A stretch of 64,000 bases of DNA, taken from assembly GCF_009914755.1 (NCBI RefSeq), contig NC_060930.1; one strand, 5' to 3'. Position numbers and translations under genes: made by a program. Below the pieces are notes generated by a model. The model searched no databases, was not told the origin of the DNA, and saw only the letters and a program-made list of their open reading frames with translations. The stretch comes from the human T2T-CHM13v2.0 reference genome, Homo sapiens. The first letter of the stretch is position 1. Each line of letters starts with the position of its first letter. Below are positions 1-18,099 of this stretch, piece by piece.

Positions 1-696
1 TGGGATGCCTTCCTTTGGCCACCCTTCGTTTCCCCTTGTTCTTTCCGAAGCAACTGACACCACAAAATGAGAAGAGGTGGAACGGGAGAACGGCTCGCAA
101 CAATGACTTACCTGGCTGCTTCCTTTTCAGTTACCTTTGTGGACAGACACAAGAATGCAGAGGCCAGAGCTGCCCTAACACAATGTGGAATTGTGAGCTA
201 GTTTTGTGCCACTAAATATTCTTTGTGCCACTATATATTCTTCAGTGTCCTCAATTCTTTTTACCTTTGCAGAGCTAACTCTTATTTTAGGGTTGTGCCA
301 GGATTTAAACTGGGAGCATCAGCTGCAGAGGGCAAAGGAGTCAAGCTAATAAGCTCTCCAATTCTGCTTCTTGCAGACTGCTTCAGTTTTGAAGGAGAAG
401 TCGTCATTTTTAGAATTCTTACTTGCGTTCACCCTGTACCCTGAATGATTAACTCCTAGTGTGTCCCTTAAGTTTAACCCATATTCCCCCTCTGCTCCTA
501 GGAATGTGAGCACGCTTTCCACTCAGTGACCAGGATTTTAAAAAACTATTTTCAATCTGCCTCCTCTTCCTCTACCCATTTCCCCAATTGCAGCCCTTAC
601 CCTCCACCCCTCTCCTATTAAACTCATGTCCATTCAATCTCCAGACTTGTTGGGGGAAGTGGCAGCATTGTAAGATAAACCTTAAGCAATTATTAG

Positions 697-991
697 TATT
701 TATTTATTTATTTTGAGACGGAGTCTCTCTCTTTCGCCCAGGCTGGAGTGCAGTGGCGTGATCTTGGCTGCAAGCTCCGCCTCCGGGGTTCAAACGATTT
801 TTCTGCCTCAGCCTCCCAAGTAGCTAGGACTACAGGCGCACGCCACCATGCCTAGCTAATTTTTGTATTTTTAGTAGAGATGGGATTTCGTCATATTGGC
901 CAGGCTGATATCGAACTCCTGACCTCGTGATCTGCCCACCTCGGCCTCCCAAGGTGCTGGGATTACAAGCGTGAGCCACTTGCACCCGGCC
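697..991 (-). mobile_element. AluS, in the tail of an L1 fragment
   Basis: Full dimer, (TATT)n tail. Confidence 0.9.
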
Positions 992-992
992 T

Positions 993-1160
993 ATTTTTTT
1001 CTTTATCTTAAGTTCCAGGGTACATGTGCAGGATGTGCAGGTTTGTTACATAGGTACACATATGCTATGGTGGTTTGCTGCACCTATCAACCCATCGCCT
1101 AGGTATTAAGCCCCACATGCACTAGCTGTTTTTCCTGGTGCTCTCCCACCTCCGGCACCC
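993..1160 (-). mobile_element. L1PA 3'-end fragment
   Basis: gggtacatgtgcaggatgtgcaggtttgttacataggt... primate L1 3' terminus. Confidence 0.85.
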
Positions 1161-1646
1161 CAGCCTGAAGTTATTATTAAAGTTCAGTTTAACTCTTGTG
1201 GTGTCTACAAAGCGTGACTTTGTTGAGTCTTCAACAGATTGTAGCATTACTCACCTTATGTCATTAAACTGGAGAGGCTGGGGTGATAGGATAAGGGAAG
1301 CACACAGCTCAGCATGTGGGGAGTTTATTTAAAACTCTTGTGTCTTTCATTGACTAGGCAGATGAAGTCATTGCTGACATATAAATCAACAAAATACTTT
1401 TAAAATGTAACTTTCTTTCGTGGTTTGTTATAATAAATTACCCCTGACTACTCTTTAAAAAAATCACAAAGAGAAAATTATAATTTTCCTTCATCAAGTT
1501 CAATACTTGTGAGCGTCTTTCAGGTAAATTAAGAGGAAAAATACATACAAATAGTTACATTTTGGAAATATTTGCACCTAAAACAACAGAATATGTTCTA
1601 TGGGAGTAATAAGTAGTTCCTAATGTTGATTTATCTAAATGTATTA

Positions 1647-2297
<651 letters not shown>

Positions 2298-2452
2298 TTA
2301 TTTTTTAACTTTTTACTGACAAGAGAGATTCTCTGGCACGAACTGAAGGTGCCCTCTCTTCTGGGTGATGTGTATTAACATTGTACTGAGTCTGGTTAGG
2401 GTGGCTCTTGACAGGATAATACTTTCTTTTTTATTAAAAATAATTGTATTTA

Positions 2453-2779
<327 letters not shown>

Positions 2780-3009
2780 TCAGAATGTCAACAAAATGTC
2801 AACAAAACAGCTGCAACTTTTTTTTTCAATTATAGAGTGGTATTCAGTTAATGGAACAACAATTATTTGGTATAAGCTGCATCAGAGACAACTGAAGATG
2901 AAAAAAACTACCATCACCATGTATAACTAATTTGCGCTGTGCACCAAAAAGAACCTGTTTGAAATTTTCATGCCAATTTACAACCCCCATACTTTACCAG
3001 GCAAGGTTA

Positions 3010-3189
<180 letters not shown>

Positions 3190-5065
3190 AAAATACCACC
3201 AAGACATCGCTATCTAAAGAAACATTTCGGTAATGTGTTAATTATACAAAAAAATAGAATGTATGGTTTAAAAACAAATTTTACACAGCCTTACATTTCA
3301 TTTTTTTTCTTTAAAAGGAGTGAGTTGTGTACAGGCGGGCTAAATGCTTTACAGACAAGAAAAAAAAAAACTAGAACCAACTTATTCATTATCATTGTCT
3401 TCTTCATCTTCATCTCTTTATCTTCCCCCTCCTCACCCTCTTCATTTTCCTCAGCTTCCTCCTCTTTTTCTTGCTTTTTTTCAGCCTTGACAACTCCCTT
3501 TTTTGCTGCATCAGGCTTTCCTTTAGCTCGATATGCAGCAAGACCCTTTTCGCATTTTTCCTTCGGCTTTGCAGCCTTCTTCTCCTAAGGCTGCTTGTCA
3601 CCTGCAGCAGTGTCATTCCACATCTCTCCCAGTCTCTTCGCAGCATCACCAATGGACAGGCCAGGATGTTTTGGGCAATACTCAGAACAGAATAGAAAAA
3701 AAGGCTGAAGGAGGCCTCTTGGGTGCCTTGGGATCCTTGAACTTCTTTCTTGTCTCCCCTTTAGAAGGGATATAGATTTTCATTTCTCTTTCATTATGGG
3801 CCTTGTCCGCCTTTGCCGTATCTTCAAATTTTCCTTTCTCTTTAGCAGACATGGTCTTCCACCTCTCTAAGCACTTCTTAGAAAACTCTGAGAAGTTGAC
3901 CTAAGCATCTGGATGCTTCTTCTTATGCTCCTCCTGACAAGTTTGCACAAAAATGCGTACGATGACATTTCGCCTCTTGGCTTCTTAGGATCTCCTTTGC
4001 TCATGTTGAGTAATTTTTCCTCAGTGAGGCACAGAGTCGCCCAGTGCCTGTCTGGCTTTCACTTTCCCTGGTGCTGTCTCTATCGAGAGGATAATAATTT
4101 AAAAGTTGTAAATAAGCATGTCTTATCCTTCAGTTCTCTAAAGCAGGTTTTACATGAAATCTGAATCTGACTGAGAATGTTACTGTTCATTCTTTTCAAA
4201 GTTCCAAGTAGACAAGCCACAAAAGCAATTTCTCAGTTTCTTTGGTATGGCTCATGCAAATAAAAACTGGTGGCTAAGACCTAAAGAACAGTTTTAATCT
4301 CTGAAATACCGATGACTTCAGGCAGAAGCACAGATGGGTAGGAAGAGGGAGGCAAGGGGAGAGATTTCTCTCCCATGATCATGTTGTCCCAAAAAGGGTC
4401 CTTGTGTACAGTTTATAAGGTCACATGTTGACACAATGGTTGTTAAGACCTTGATGAAAAGAGTCAGAGGAAGCCAGTGTGAAATACTCAATGACATATC
4501 AGTGGTGAGGCCTTGAGGCATATAAAGAAGGTCATCAAAGTTTGCCATCTCTTTTATCTGCTCTTGCCCACCTCTGCCTAGATGTTACAAATGAAGGAAA
4601 TATTTGTTGAGAATATATTTATCTGAATGCACTACGTGAATAACGAGAATGTTGGAAGAATGTATGACGGTATATATTGGCTCTTTCAATATTAAGGACC
4701 TCGTATAGTCCTTTACTAATCTTAAGGCTTGTCCAAAAAAGATTAAACAAATACACAAAAACAGCCTCCTCCCTCCTACAGTAAACCCAAATAAATCTGA
4801 TCAGCTTGAAATTATTTCTACAATAGCTCTCACGGCTATCAGGATTTAGTCTGATCTCCTGGCAAAGCCAACCCAGCCCCGCATGAGCCCCCGACCCTCT
4901 GCCTCCATCCTTCTCATTCCCCCCGCTGACCCCACCCCCGCCCCCCGCCATGTTAACTGTGAGGTCCTTGACATGCACGCTCCCGCCTCACACCTCCAAG
5001 CCTTTCTTTCTCCTGTTCCCTTTACCTCCATGTCTGTCTACTCTCACCTGTCCTTCCACATTTAG

Positions 5066-5561
<496 letters not shown>

Positions 5562-6012
5562 TAGTAAGTGTTTAATGTACATTTGATGAATGAATGGTTT
5601 AATCAGAGTTTGTTTCTAATCTTGTTTCCAGCCCACATTAGCTTATTCACCTGTGTGCAAAAGTGGATGAGGACAAATAATTGTTAAATCGTTTGCTTGA
5701 CTAAGAATGTTTTACTGATAGCAAGTTGGCAATCTGAAAATTAGTGGGAGAAGTAGTGATGGGTACTGAACAGACTGCCAACTTAGATTCTGATTATCTG
5801 CTGTGAATCATTTCTTTAACCTTTGAAAGCTTTTAAAATTATTTTTCTGGGTATAATAATAATGTGGCTAACTAAAAATAATGAAGATCATGTTTATTGT
5901 AGATGTGTGCTAAACATCCATGTTTTCATCCAAGTGCTACAATTGCAACCCCCACATTACCTCCTTTCCCCACTCTGCCTACTCCTAGCATACATGCGGG
6001 CATGCGTGCATG

Positions 6013-6045
6013 CACACACACACATACACACACACACACACACAC
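6013..6045. repeat. (CA)n microsatellite
   Basis: Interrupted CA run. Confidence 0.9.
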
Positions 6046-6446
6046 CCCTAGACTAAACCTTACCAGATTTAGTCTGGTAAGACACATTTCACCACATTTC
6101 CAAAGTTATAATGGATCTTGGAAGGGAAAGCTATGGAAAACAGTGATAGAAACATACTTATCACACAGCGATAGAGCTCCCTTTTGATCTCTTCAAACAA
6201 GACAAGAAACAAAGAGCGAAAATCATCTGAGAATTCAAAACTGCTGGACTATTCCCATTGCACCGAGTCATGTGGATCTGTGTCAAGTACACAATCAGTT
6301 GCAAGTCAGCTGATAGACAGAAAAGAGTTACTTCAGAAAGATAATCTCAGGGAGCTTATTATACTCCCTTTGAAGTAATGAGTCCAGTGAACTTGAACTG
6401 GAGACTTGAAGTCTCTGATTTCTGCTGTCACTGGAAAGGAATTACT

Positions 6447-6753
<307 letters not shown>

Positions 6754-7719
6754 GGAATTACTCTTGACAATTTTCTATGTAATTTATTGGAGAATGACAA
6801 AAGTGGTTGAAAATATTATTAGCTGGAATCTTGGCCTGTGTTGGTAAACAACAGATAAAAAGTTTTAAGGGTGGAACTTGCAAGTCTAATTACACAACAT
6901 TAAAAATAAGTCTCCATATCAAACATAATTAGTAGATTTCAGATGAACTTGAGGAACTATTAGAACAACTTACCTAAAGCAGTTTTGTTTCTCAGAAAAA
7001 TGACGTTATAGATCTGGCCTAGAATTTGGCATAGAAACTTTTCCTACAAGGTATAATGAGAAACAGAATCAAAGCAAGAGTCTTAAGACTCAGTCTTAGT
7101 TCTAGTTTGGTCTTTGTGATCCTGGCCAAGTCACTTCAACATGAACTTGGTTTTCTATGTCTACAAAGTAAAAGGGTTGGGCTACTATCGCTGCTGTACT
7201 ACTACTACTGATCTATTTGTGCTGGATTATTCTATATCCAGATAAATGAGGCCAAGTGTTTCTGGCATCACCAACCACCATTTAAACAAATAGCATCCCC
7301 TCCATAGGGGAGGAGGCTGCACACATCTGCTGCTCTCCACCCTGAGAATGTGGATGAATTCCAATCAGCAGCCACCACCTGACTGATTTGCCCACAGCCT
7401 GCTCTGGGTCCATTGGCTGGGAGGCTTCTGGAGGCAGCTGGGTCATGTCATCCCAACCCAAACTGGTGATGTGAAAGAACAGTCACATGTGTGAGCAGGT
7501 GCATAACCCATTCTCAGGAGGGAGAATGGAGTGAAGGAACAGTGGTTTAGGTAATGACTCATTCAGGTTATTCATTCTGTGTGTAAAGCCCAAGGCCCTC
7601 CAACTGGCCCTGACCTACCTGCCCCGACTCTTCTGCTTTCCCGACACCTTCTCTGGGCCTCTATTGCCCTTCTCGCTAGTGCAGCTGGCCCCTTGATGGC
7701 TTATATAGAAGATAATGTA

Positions 7720-8200
7720 CCTAAGTCATTCGTCACCCCAACCCTTGTGCATAGGTTTTCCTTGTTGCCAGAACCTGGATTTTGTTCAAGGGTGTCCCCA
7801 GCCCTATGTGATCAAGTGAAGAACTCTTAAGCTTCATCCCCAAAGGAAAACTGATCACTATGCTCCCATTGGTTATTGGCCTAAGCCAATCACTGCACTC
7901 CCATTGATAATCGGTCTAAACCAATAACTGTGCTCCCATTGGTCTAAACCAATAACAGCGCTCAACTGCGCTGTCTGTATGAGATGCTTGCAATGCTGCT
8001 GCCATCTTTTGAAAAAGAGAATGATCAGCTGACAGGCTGAGTGAGCAGAGAAATGAAGAGAATCATCTGGGGCCTGAGTGAGATCACTGGGCTGCTTTGT
8101 TAATCTACCCTAGATGCTCTCTACATCTTGAATTCTTGTTATGTGAAATTACAATTTTTTTCTTACTGTTTGAGTCAGAAGCCCAAGGTATCTTGCTATT
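7720..8200 (+). mobile_element. Old MaLR LTR (MLT1I/J-like) containing a CCAAT-box tandem array
   Basis: gccagaacctggattttgttca, ctaagccaatca, gctgccatctt and tcttgttatgtga blocks typical of late MLT1 LTRs. Confidence 0.55.
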
Positions 8201-8586
8201 TTTCACACTGGCACACTGGAGAGGCAACAAGAAACCCCAAGTGGGGTTAGTGGAGGAATCAGTTCCTCCACTTAGAAGCCATTACTGAGGAACAAATTAC
8301 TTCAAAATTTAGTGGCTTGAAATAACAATAAGCATGTATTGTCTCTGTTTCTGTAGGTTGCAAATTTTGGATCTTTTTGAATGGGAAGTCTGGCTTAGAT
8401 TCTCTCCTCTCATGAGACTGCAGATGGGTGTGGGCTGGGGCTGCCCTAATCTGAAGGTTCAACTGGGGCTGGTGGGTCTGCTTCCAAGGAGGCCCACTCA
8501 CTTGGCTGGCCAATGGGGGCTGGCTGTGGTGGGAGGCCTCAGTTCCTCTCCATATGGGCTTCACCACATGGTACTTGAGTGTTCTC

Positions 8587-9393
<807 letters not shown>

Positions 9394-10344
9394 TTCTCAC
9401 AGCATGGTGCTGGCTTTGCCCAGAGTAAGCAATCCAAGAGAGCAAGACAGATGCTGCAAAGTCCTTTATGCTCTCAATTCAGAAGTCACATATTATCCCT
9501 GCTGAACTCTACACAGACCAGTCCTAATTCAACATGGGAGTAGACTATGCAAATAAATACCTAAGAGGTGAAGATCACTGGGGGCCATCTTGGAGGCTGG
9601 GTATTACACATCTGGCAAGTTCCTTGACCTCCAAATGTCAGTGTCTTCACTTAAAAAAGATGGCAATAATATTATGTTACTTTGACTTCTAAGTTGAAAG
9701 CGAACAGAAAGTGACTCTGGCTTGCTTAGGCAAAAGAGGAATTTATTGAATCAGTTTTGGACAATTCACACAATAGAAGGGAAGGCTATAGAACCAGGCT
9801 TAGCAGAACCTAAGGGAGCTCAGGGAGCAGGGAAAGTCATGCAGGGCAAAGCCTCAGGGTTGGTCTGGTTGGGAAACTGATGTTGACATCAACTGCACTG
9901 GCCACCGGATATTGTGGCCAGAGCTAAATGCTCAGCACCACTGCTGCTGAGCAACTCTCAATCGCCTCTGTGCCCTGAAGCTTCCACAGTGTGGGGAGAG
10001 TGGAGAAAGGAGGACCAGGTCCCTTCTGCTTCTGGGATTACAGCATATGTCCGCTACAAATATGGGCTTCATGGGATTCACCAAAAATATATGAGCACCT
10101 TCCTTGGAAAATCGAGAATGCTCAGTAATGGTTGGTTGCTTAATAGAAAGGAGAAAGCAGATACCGTGGGATGGAATAGAGTGAGTTTGGAGATCTCAAG
10201 TTGAGAGTGAGAATAAAGCATGCTCATTACATTTCCAGCCACACTGAGCATTTCTAATCGCACTCTTACCTTGTCTTCACTCCTATGCACATTTGCAAAT
10301 TCTTAAATTGCTGAGATTTGTACAAATCTTATCTATATACTCTA

Positions 10345-11114
<770 letters not shown>

Positions 11115-11326
11115 CCTTTATAGTACTTCTATCTCAGTTTGAATTTCCAAGGCAAAGCCAGACACCTTTTCTCACAAAGCCTGTGCTCTGTTGTTAGGTG
11201 TGGGCATGAGTCTTGCTGTTCAAACTCAACTATTTCATTCAAAGTGACCTTTCGTGGGTTTACAAATTCATTGAGGTTGAATGTGTAACTAAATTCTAAA
11301 ATGTTAGTTCTAAACTAAGTTCTAAA

Positions 11327-11509
11327 ATGGTTCTAAAAAGTTCGTATGTAAGGAGCACCAGGAGGGCTTGCTGAAACACCAGTTGCTGGGCCCCACCCCT
11401 GGAGTCTCAGGTTCAGCAGGTCTAGGGCGAGGTCGGAGGATGTGCACTTCTAATACGTTCCCAGGTGGTGCTGAGGCTGCTGGTCTGGGGGCCACATTGA
11501 GAAACACTG
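11327..11509. mobile_element. MER5A (hAT-Charlie)
   Basis: gctgggccccacccc...gcacttctaatacgttcccaggtggtgctgaggctgctggtc...tgagaaacactg. Confidence 0.85.
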
Positions 11510-11579
11510 ACTTGAATGACTTGATGCTGTTGCTGGCCTGCTTTGTAAACTTCTTAGACCCTATCCAGTAATTGCCTTT

Positions 11580-11876
<297 letters not shown>

Positions 11877-11984
11877 CAGTAATTGCCATTCATAAAGAAA
11901 GCCAAGATGACACCTACAGAGCAAAATTATGTGATATTCAGGAATAAACACTGAAACATTATTTTGATTAGAATAATAGCTGCA

Positions 11985-12330
11985 CGGAACAGAAACTTAG
12001 CTATAAGAGCTTAAGCAAATAACAGTTTGTTTTTCTTACATTCCCAAGAAGACTAGAAGCTGTGATAGGCTGGTGAAATGACTTCACCTCATCAGGGGTC
12101 AAGGCTCTTGCTAACTTTCTCTTCTGTCATCCTTGGTAAATGATCTTTGTCCTCATGGTCACAAGATGGCTGCTGCATCTCCATGTATTGCCTCTGCACT
12201 CTAGGCAGGAAAATGAATGATGAAGAAAAATGCATGTATGAGCTTTTCTGAAAGTCCCTCTAGAGACTTCTGTTCCCATCTCATGGGTTAGAACTATGTC
12301 ACATGGCCACACCAAGCTTCAAGGGAGCCT
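11985..12330 (-). mobile_element. MLT1J-like LTR
   Basis: tcctcatggtcacaagatggctgctgca...gtcacatggccacacc. Confidence 0.65.
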
Positions 12331-12945
12331 CAGCACTCATTGACCCACATAAAATGGGGTTCCCGTCGATGAGAAAGGAAGGAAGAATGGGTGGTAATCA
12401 GCAGGCTCTGGGATGCACTCACCTGCTTGACTCCCAAAGGGTCACATTGCGTACTCAGGCCAGAGCCACCTACAGTGCTAAACCAGCCACGCAACAAGTG
12501 AAAGGGACAGAGAAAAGACATGAAGCCACTTCTGTACTAGCATTTCTTGCCTCCTGCTAATGGGTGTTATATGAAAAGGGAAAACTGAACTAGAACTTCT
12601 TTACTATAGACTTCTGAGAAGTTTTATTAAGCTTATGTATGTGATGACATTCCAAGGCAGGAACAAACATACTGCATTTTCCAAGCTTATTTGACCACAG
12701 AGGCTTTTTAAAAATTTTTCTGGAGCATCTCTCTGAACTACATTCCATGGAAATTTTTGCCAGAAAACCTTGATATATACAGTGTCAACTATCAGTGTGT
12801 TTTTTAAGACTCCTTACGAGAAAAAAAGCCAAGTATGTTCTTCTTACATCAGTGAGATAGTTCTACTTTTTTTAAGGGGAAGGAAATGAAAATAGGAACA
12901 GTTTGTGAGTCAGGGCGGGGGGTGTGATACCAGCCTGCCACCTGA

Positions 12946-13406
<461 letters not shown>

Positions 13407-13510
13407 TGAATCAATCTTTGGTAATGGGAGATAGAGGATATATGCCCTCCTGTTGGGCGACAGAGTGAAACCCCGTCTCAAACACTGGAGATGGACTCTC
13501 GGGGTTTTGA

Positions 13511-13645
<135 letters not shown>

Positions 13646-14444
13646 TAAGCTCACCTAGATAATTTAGGATAATCCCCCCATCTCATCACATCTGCAAAGT
13701 CCCCTTTGCCATATAAGGTAACATATCTACAAGTTCTAGGAATTAGGACATGGACATCTTGGGACTCATGGGCATTCTGTCTACCATGCAGATGAAATCT
13801 ATTGTTTAAAGAAGTATAAACAGTGTTGGGAAACTGAAGACTATAACAAAAAATTCAAATTAGGCTTAATAGTATGTGAGACAAGCAGTACAAAAGGTAG
13901 AGAAGGTTTATGTGAGAAAAGAAAAGAAAAAAAAACCCAAGAAAGGAGATCAATTACAATACAAGCAAAAGTAGGACAACACTAGTTACGAGCTGGAAGC
14001 ACGTGAATCCTTTAAGAGCCCGAGCAAAGGGCAAAGGTTTAGTATGGGATTGTTGGAGTTTCTTTCTATTATATATTGTACCTTCACCAATAGAACTAAA
14101 AGTCTAAAATCACACTATTTAAAAACCGAGAATGTATCAGCATTAACCAGATTGATCCTACAGGCGCTGCTTGACTTTCAGGTGTGGAGGTGGTAGGAAG
14201 AGCCACAGAATGGCCTGAAATAATTGCAGAGCTCCAGTGTTTGAAGAATGTATAGGAACCTGGTGAGGTGAAGGCACCCGTGCCTTTGCTTAGTGGCTTC
14301 AGGATGTGGAATAAAAAGGAACATGACATCTACATCCAGGTGAGAATTAGGCTTGGGACAAAGGGTGGTGAAGTATTAGTCCAAAGGTCAATAAAAGAGT
14401 AAGAATCACATGCAAGTAAAAGGATCCAGGCAGAGGGTGTGCAA

Positions 14445-14665
14445 TAAGAATTTCTCAGTCCTGGTCCTGTTGTCATTGTGAACCACATAATTATTTGTTG
14501 TGTGGGTGTCCCGTGCATTGTAGGCAGGTTAGCAGCATCCCCGGACTCCACCCATCTGATGCAGTGGCACCCTGCCCCAGGATGTGACAACAAAAAATGT
14601 CTCCAGGCCTTGTCAAATGTCCCCAGGGGGAGGAGACAAAAATCACCCCAGTTGGGAACCACTGG
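14445..14665. mobile_element. MER20 (hAT-Charlie)
   Basis: gtgcattgtagg..ttagcagcatccc...gtgacaacaaaaaatgtctccag...aaatcaccccagttgggaaccactg. Confidence 0.85.
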
Positions 14666-16025
14666 TATACACTGAAAGAATAGGTAAGGGGACACAACAC
14701 ACCAAAAAGGGGGAGCCTGCAAGCCTGGAAAGAGTCTTTGAGGCTGCAAGGACACAAAAACCGAGGGAACCTTGTAAGGGGCCTGTTGCTGGAGCTGGTG
14801 GGCTGGCTGGGAGCCACCAAGAGCATCCAGCTGGTTTGCATACTGGCCTGTAACTTGGCCAGGGCAGGATCCAGGTCAGAAGAGCTCAAGTCTAATTCGT
14901 TCAGGGGTTGCACTCTGGTTGTTTTCCATTTGTTATGCAAGCACAGGTTTCAAAAGGCAATTCACCTGGGCAGGGGATATGCTTGCTTGCAATATAAACA
15001 GCTTGGAACCTATTATCTTACATGGTTGTTTCACTTCATCTAGGTTCACTGTCTGTCCTCCTGACCCCTGATTTGTAGAGGAGGGAGGAAACAAGGATGG
15101 TGGAGAGACTTGGATGCAAGTAGTGCCACCTCCAGCCTTTACAAGTGCCGTTAGGAGAATTAGAAAAGGTGCATCTCTGGCTGGATGAATTAGGAAAGAA
15201 TGTCCCCTCAGGGAGGATCAGGAGTGGGGCTAGGCTAGGAGAGTGGATGGCACCTTATCTCCAACCCTAGCTGGGAGCGCAGAGCTGCGTGTCAGCGCCC
15301 CCATAGTGAGTACCTGCAGAGTTCCTATGGGAGCAAGCCTCCACCATGCACACTACATCTTACATAGCCTGTGAGGCAGAGGCTTACTCATGTAAACCTT
15401 GAGGGGCAGACATGACATATGGGGCCTCCGAGCTCTGAGGGGTACTAAACTTTCTTACCAGCAGGATTAGAATTTTAGTATGACACATGGTGAGAAACAA
15501 AGGCAATTGATTCTGTAGGAATGAGTGTAAGGTGGCTTAAGAATATTCTAAAGGAGAAAAAAGCAAAATGGACAGCTAGGAGAGACTGTGCAAAGTCGCT
15601 TCTGTGCATCTGGCCTGATGAGCATATTCATTGATAAATTTAGGACCTAGGTGATCAACAAGAGCACTGCACTTTTGCAAGTGAGGGCAGACCTCTAAAA
15701 TTCCTTCTAAGGTTCAAACACTAATGGCCCAAGGCTATTAACTGCATCTAGTTCAGGGGATGTGTTCTATAAAGTAAATCATGATCTGCTGCATAAATTC
15801 CTATGCACTGGATGTTGTAGAAAAATCTTCCTTTGATGACCTTGGAAGACTAGACATGTTAGCCCTCTTTCTACAAGGGCAAGGAAGGTATCATGCAGCC
15901 AAAGGACAGAGAAAGATTCTAAGTCAAGAAAACGCCCATTAAGTGCAGATGTGTCCACGTTATAGTTGGAGACCTTGAACCATAGGGTCAGACTAACCCT
16001 AACATTGCAGAGTTGCAGAGGGTGA

Positions 16026-16220
<195 letters not shown>

Positions 16221-16932
16221 AATGTCTAATATTTAAATAAACTTTCTTCCATCTTTGTACTTTGTCAAATATACTTTCATAGCAAGAAAATGGGGGAAAA
16301 GTGAAATTTACGGTTTTTATATGACTGAAAGTTTGCAAAAACAAGAAGAAATAACTGGACTTCATTATTACATGCCTGTAGGTGTTCTGTTAATGGGCTG
16401 ACATGTGTGAATGCATACTGAAGACATATACAATTCATGCATTATATATTTATCCATAAAATTAATGTTTCTTGCTTTCATTTCAGGAAAATTACAATTA
16501 TGTTGTTATAATCAATATTTTCACATAATTTGTGTTCTATTAACAGTAATACCTAATTAGATTACCTTTCTTGAATCTTAGTTTTTCTTTTCATTTTTTC
16601 AAGTTTCCATTAGAAGCTGCTCGGCAGAGGCAGTAGCAATTGCAATTGTCATTAAAATTCTTAAAGCAACCCTTCCATTTGGAAATGAATCATGAATTTT
16701 ATGTCAGTCATTATAATTGGGTTGCATATGGTATATTGCCATTATCACAGGGACTATCACAAAATAGTTTAATTTCATCCCATAAATTACTATCACTTAC
16801 ATAATGATTTTCAAGATTTCTTATAATAATGTCTTAAAAATCTATACCTATATAGTTTTGTGAAGGGTTGCTATCACGTTTCATGCTTACATGTGCAGAC
16901 CTACATATACACACCTTTAAGACTAACATGAA

Positions 16933-17228
16933 GGCTGGGCACGGTGGCTCACGCCTGTAATCCCAGCACTTTGGGAGGCGGATCATGAGGTCAGGAGTTT
17001 GAGACCAGCCTGGCCAACGTAGTGAAACCCCGTCTCTACTAAAAATACAAAAATTAGCCAGGCATGGTGGCATGCACCTGTGGTCCCAGCTACTCAGGAG
17101 GCTGAGGCTGGAGAATCACTTGAACTCAAGAGGTGGAGGTTGCAGTGAGCCAAGATCGTGCCATTGTTCTCCAGCCTGGGTGACAGAGTGAGACTCCGTC
17201 TCAAAAAAAAAAAAAAAAAAAAAAAGAC
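16933..17228 (+). mobile_element. AluS
   Basis: TSD aagactaacatgaa; long poly(A). Confidence 0.92.
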
Positions 17229-17686
17229 TAAAGACTAACATGAACTGTTGTGAATATTGTGCTAATTGATGAGTAACTCCAGAATCTTAAATTGGAACAT
17301 GAAGGGAAACAAGACTCTTGCATTCAGGCTGAGAGGAAGATTTTGGAGAGCTGTCTTTCCTCTTACCAAGGAGCTCCTGTTACCCCAGTTCTCCTCACTC
17401 CCCAAGGCAGTGTCTGTGTCTGATGCCAGCAGAAGTACAACCTACAAACCATCACAGCTCTGGATGTCATTACCTTTTGTTTGGAGAACACGGGGCAGAA
17501 GATTTAGAGGTCCCCTGGCACCTAAATGATGTTAGTCATGACTGGTGTTCAGGGTTACAAGTTGCACTGAGCCAATGGTGAATGTGAAGTGACCGAGGAC
17601 CTTCTAAAGTGAGGGTCCAGGACCCCCTACCCTAGTCCTTGAAGGCCAATGCTGCACCCCTTGCTAAATAACCATACAAATATTAC

Positions 17687-18095
17687 TATAGTGGATTGAA
17701 TGGTGTCTCCCATTAGAATGTCCACATTCGAATCCCTGGAACTTATAAATACAACCTTTTTTTGGAAAAAGAGTCTTTACAGATGTGTTAAATTAGGAAT
17801 CTTGAGATAAGCTCATGTTGGATTATCTGTGTGGGCCCTAAATTCAATGACAAGTGATTTTATAAGAGACAGAGGGGAGTCGGAGAAGAGGAGAAGGCCA
17901 TATGATTACAGGGGCAGAGACTGGAGTGATGCAGCCACAGGCCAAGAATGAGAGTCAAGTTATAGCCTTCGGAGGGAATAGGCCCTGCCCATAGCTTGAT
18001 ATTGGATTTCTGGCCTCTGGGACTGTGAAATAATAGGTATCTGTTGTTTTAAGCACCAAGTTTGTGGCAATTTGTTACTGCAGCCACAGGCACTA
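17687..18095 (+). mobile_element. MLT1B/C-like LTR
   Basis: ggattgaatggtgtctccc...ggcagagactggagtgatgcagccacag...ttgtggcaatttgttac. Confidence 0.8.
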
Positions 18096-18099
18096 GGGC

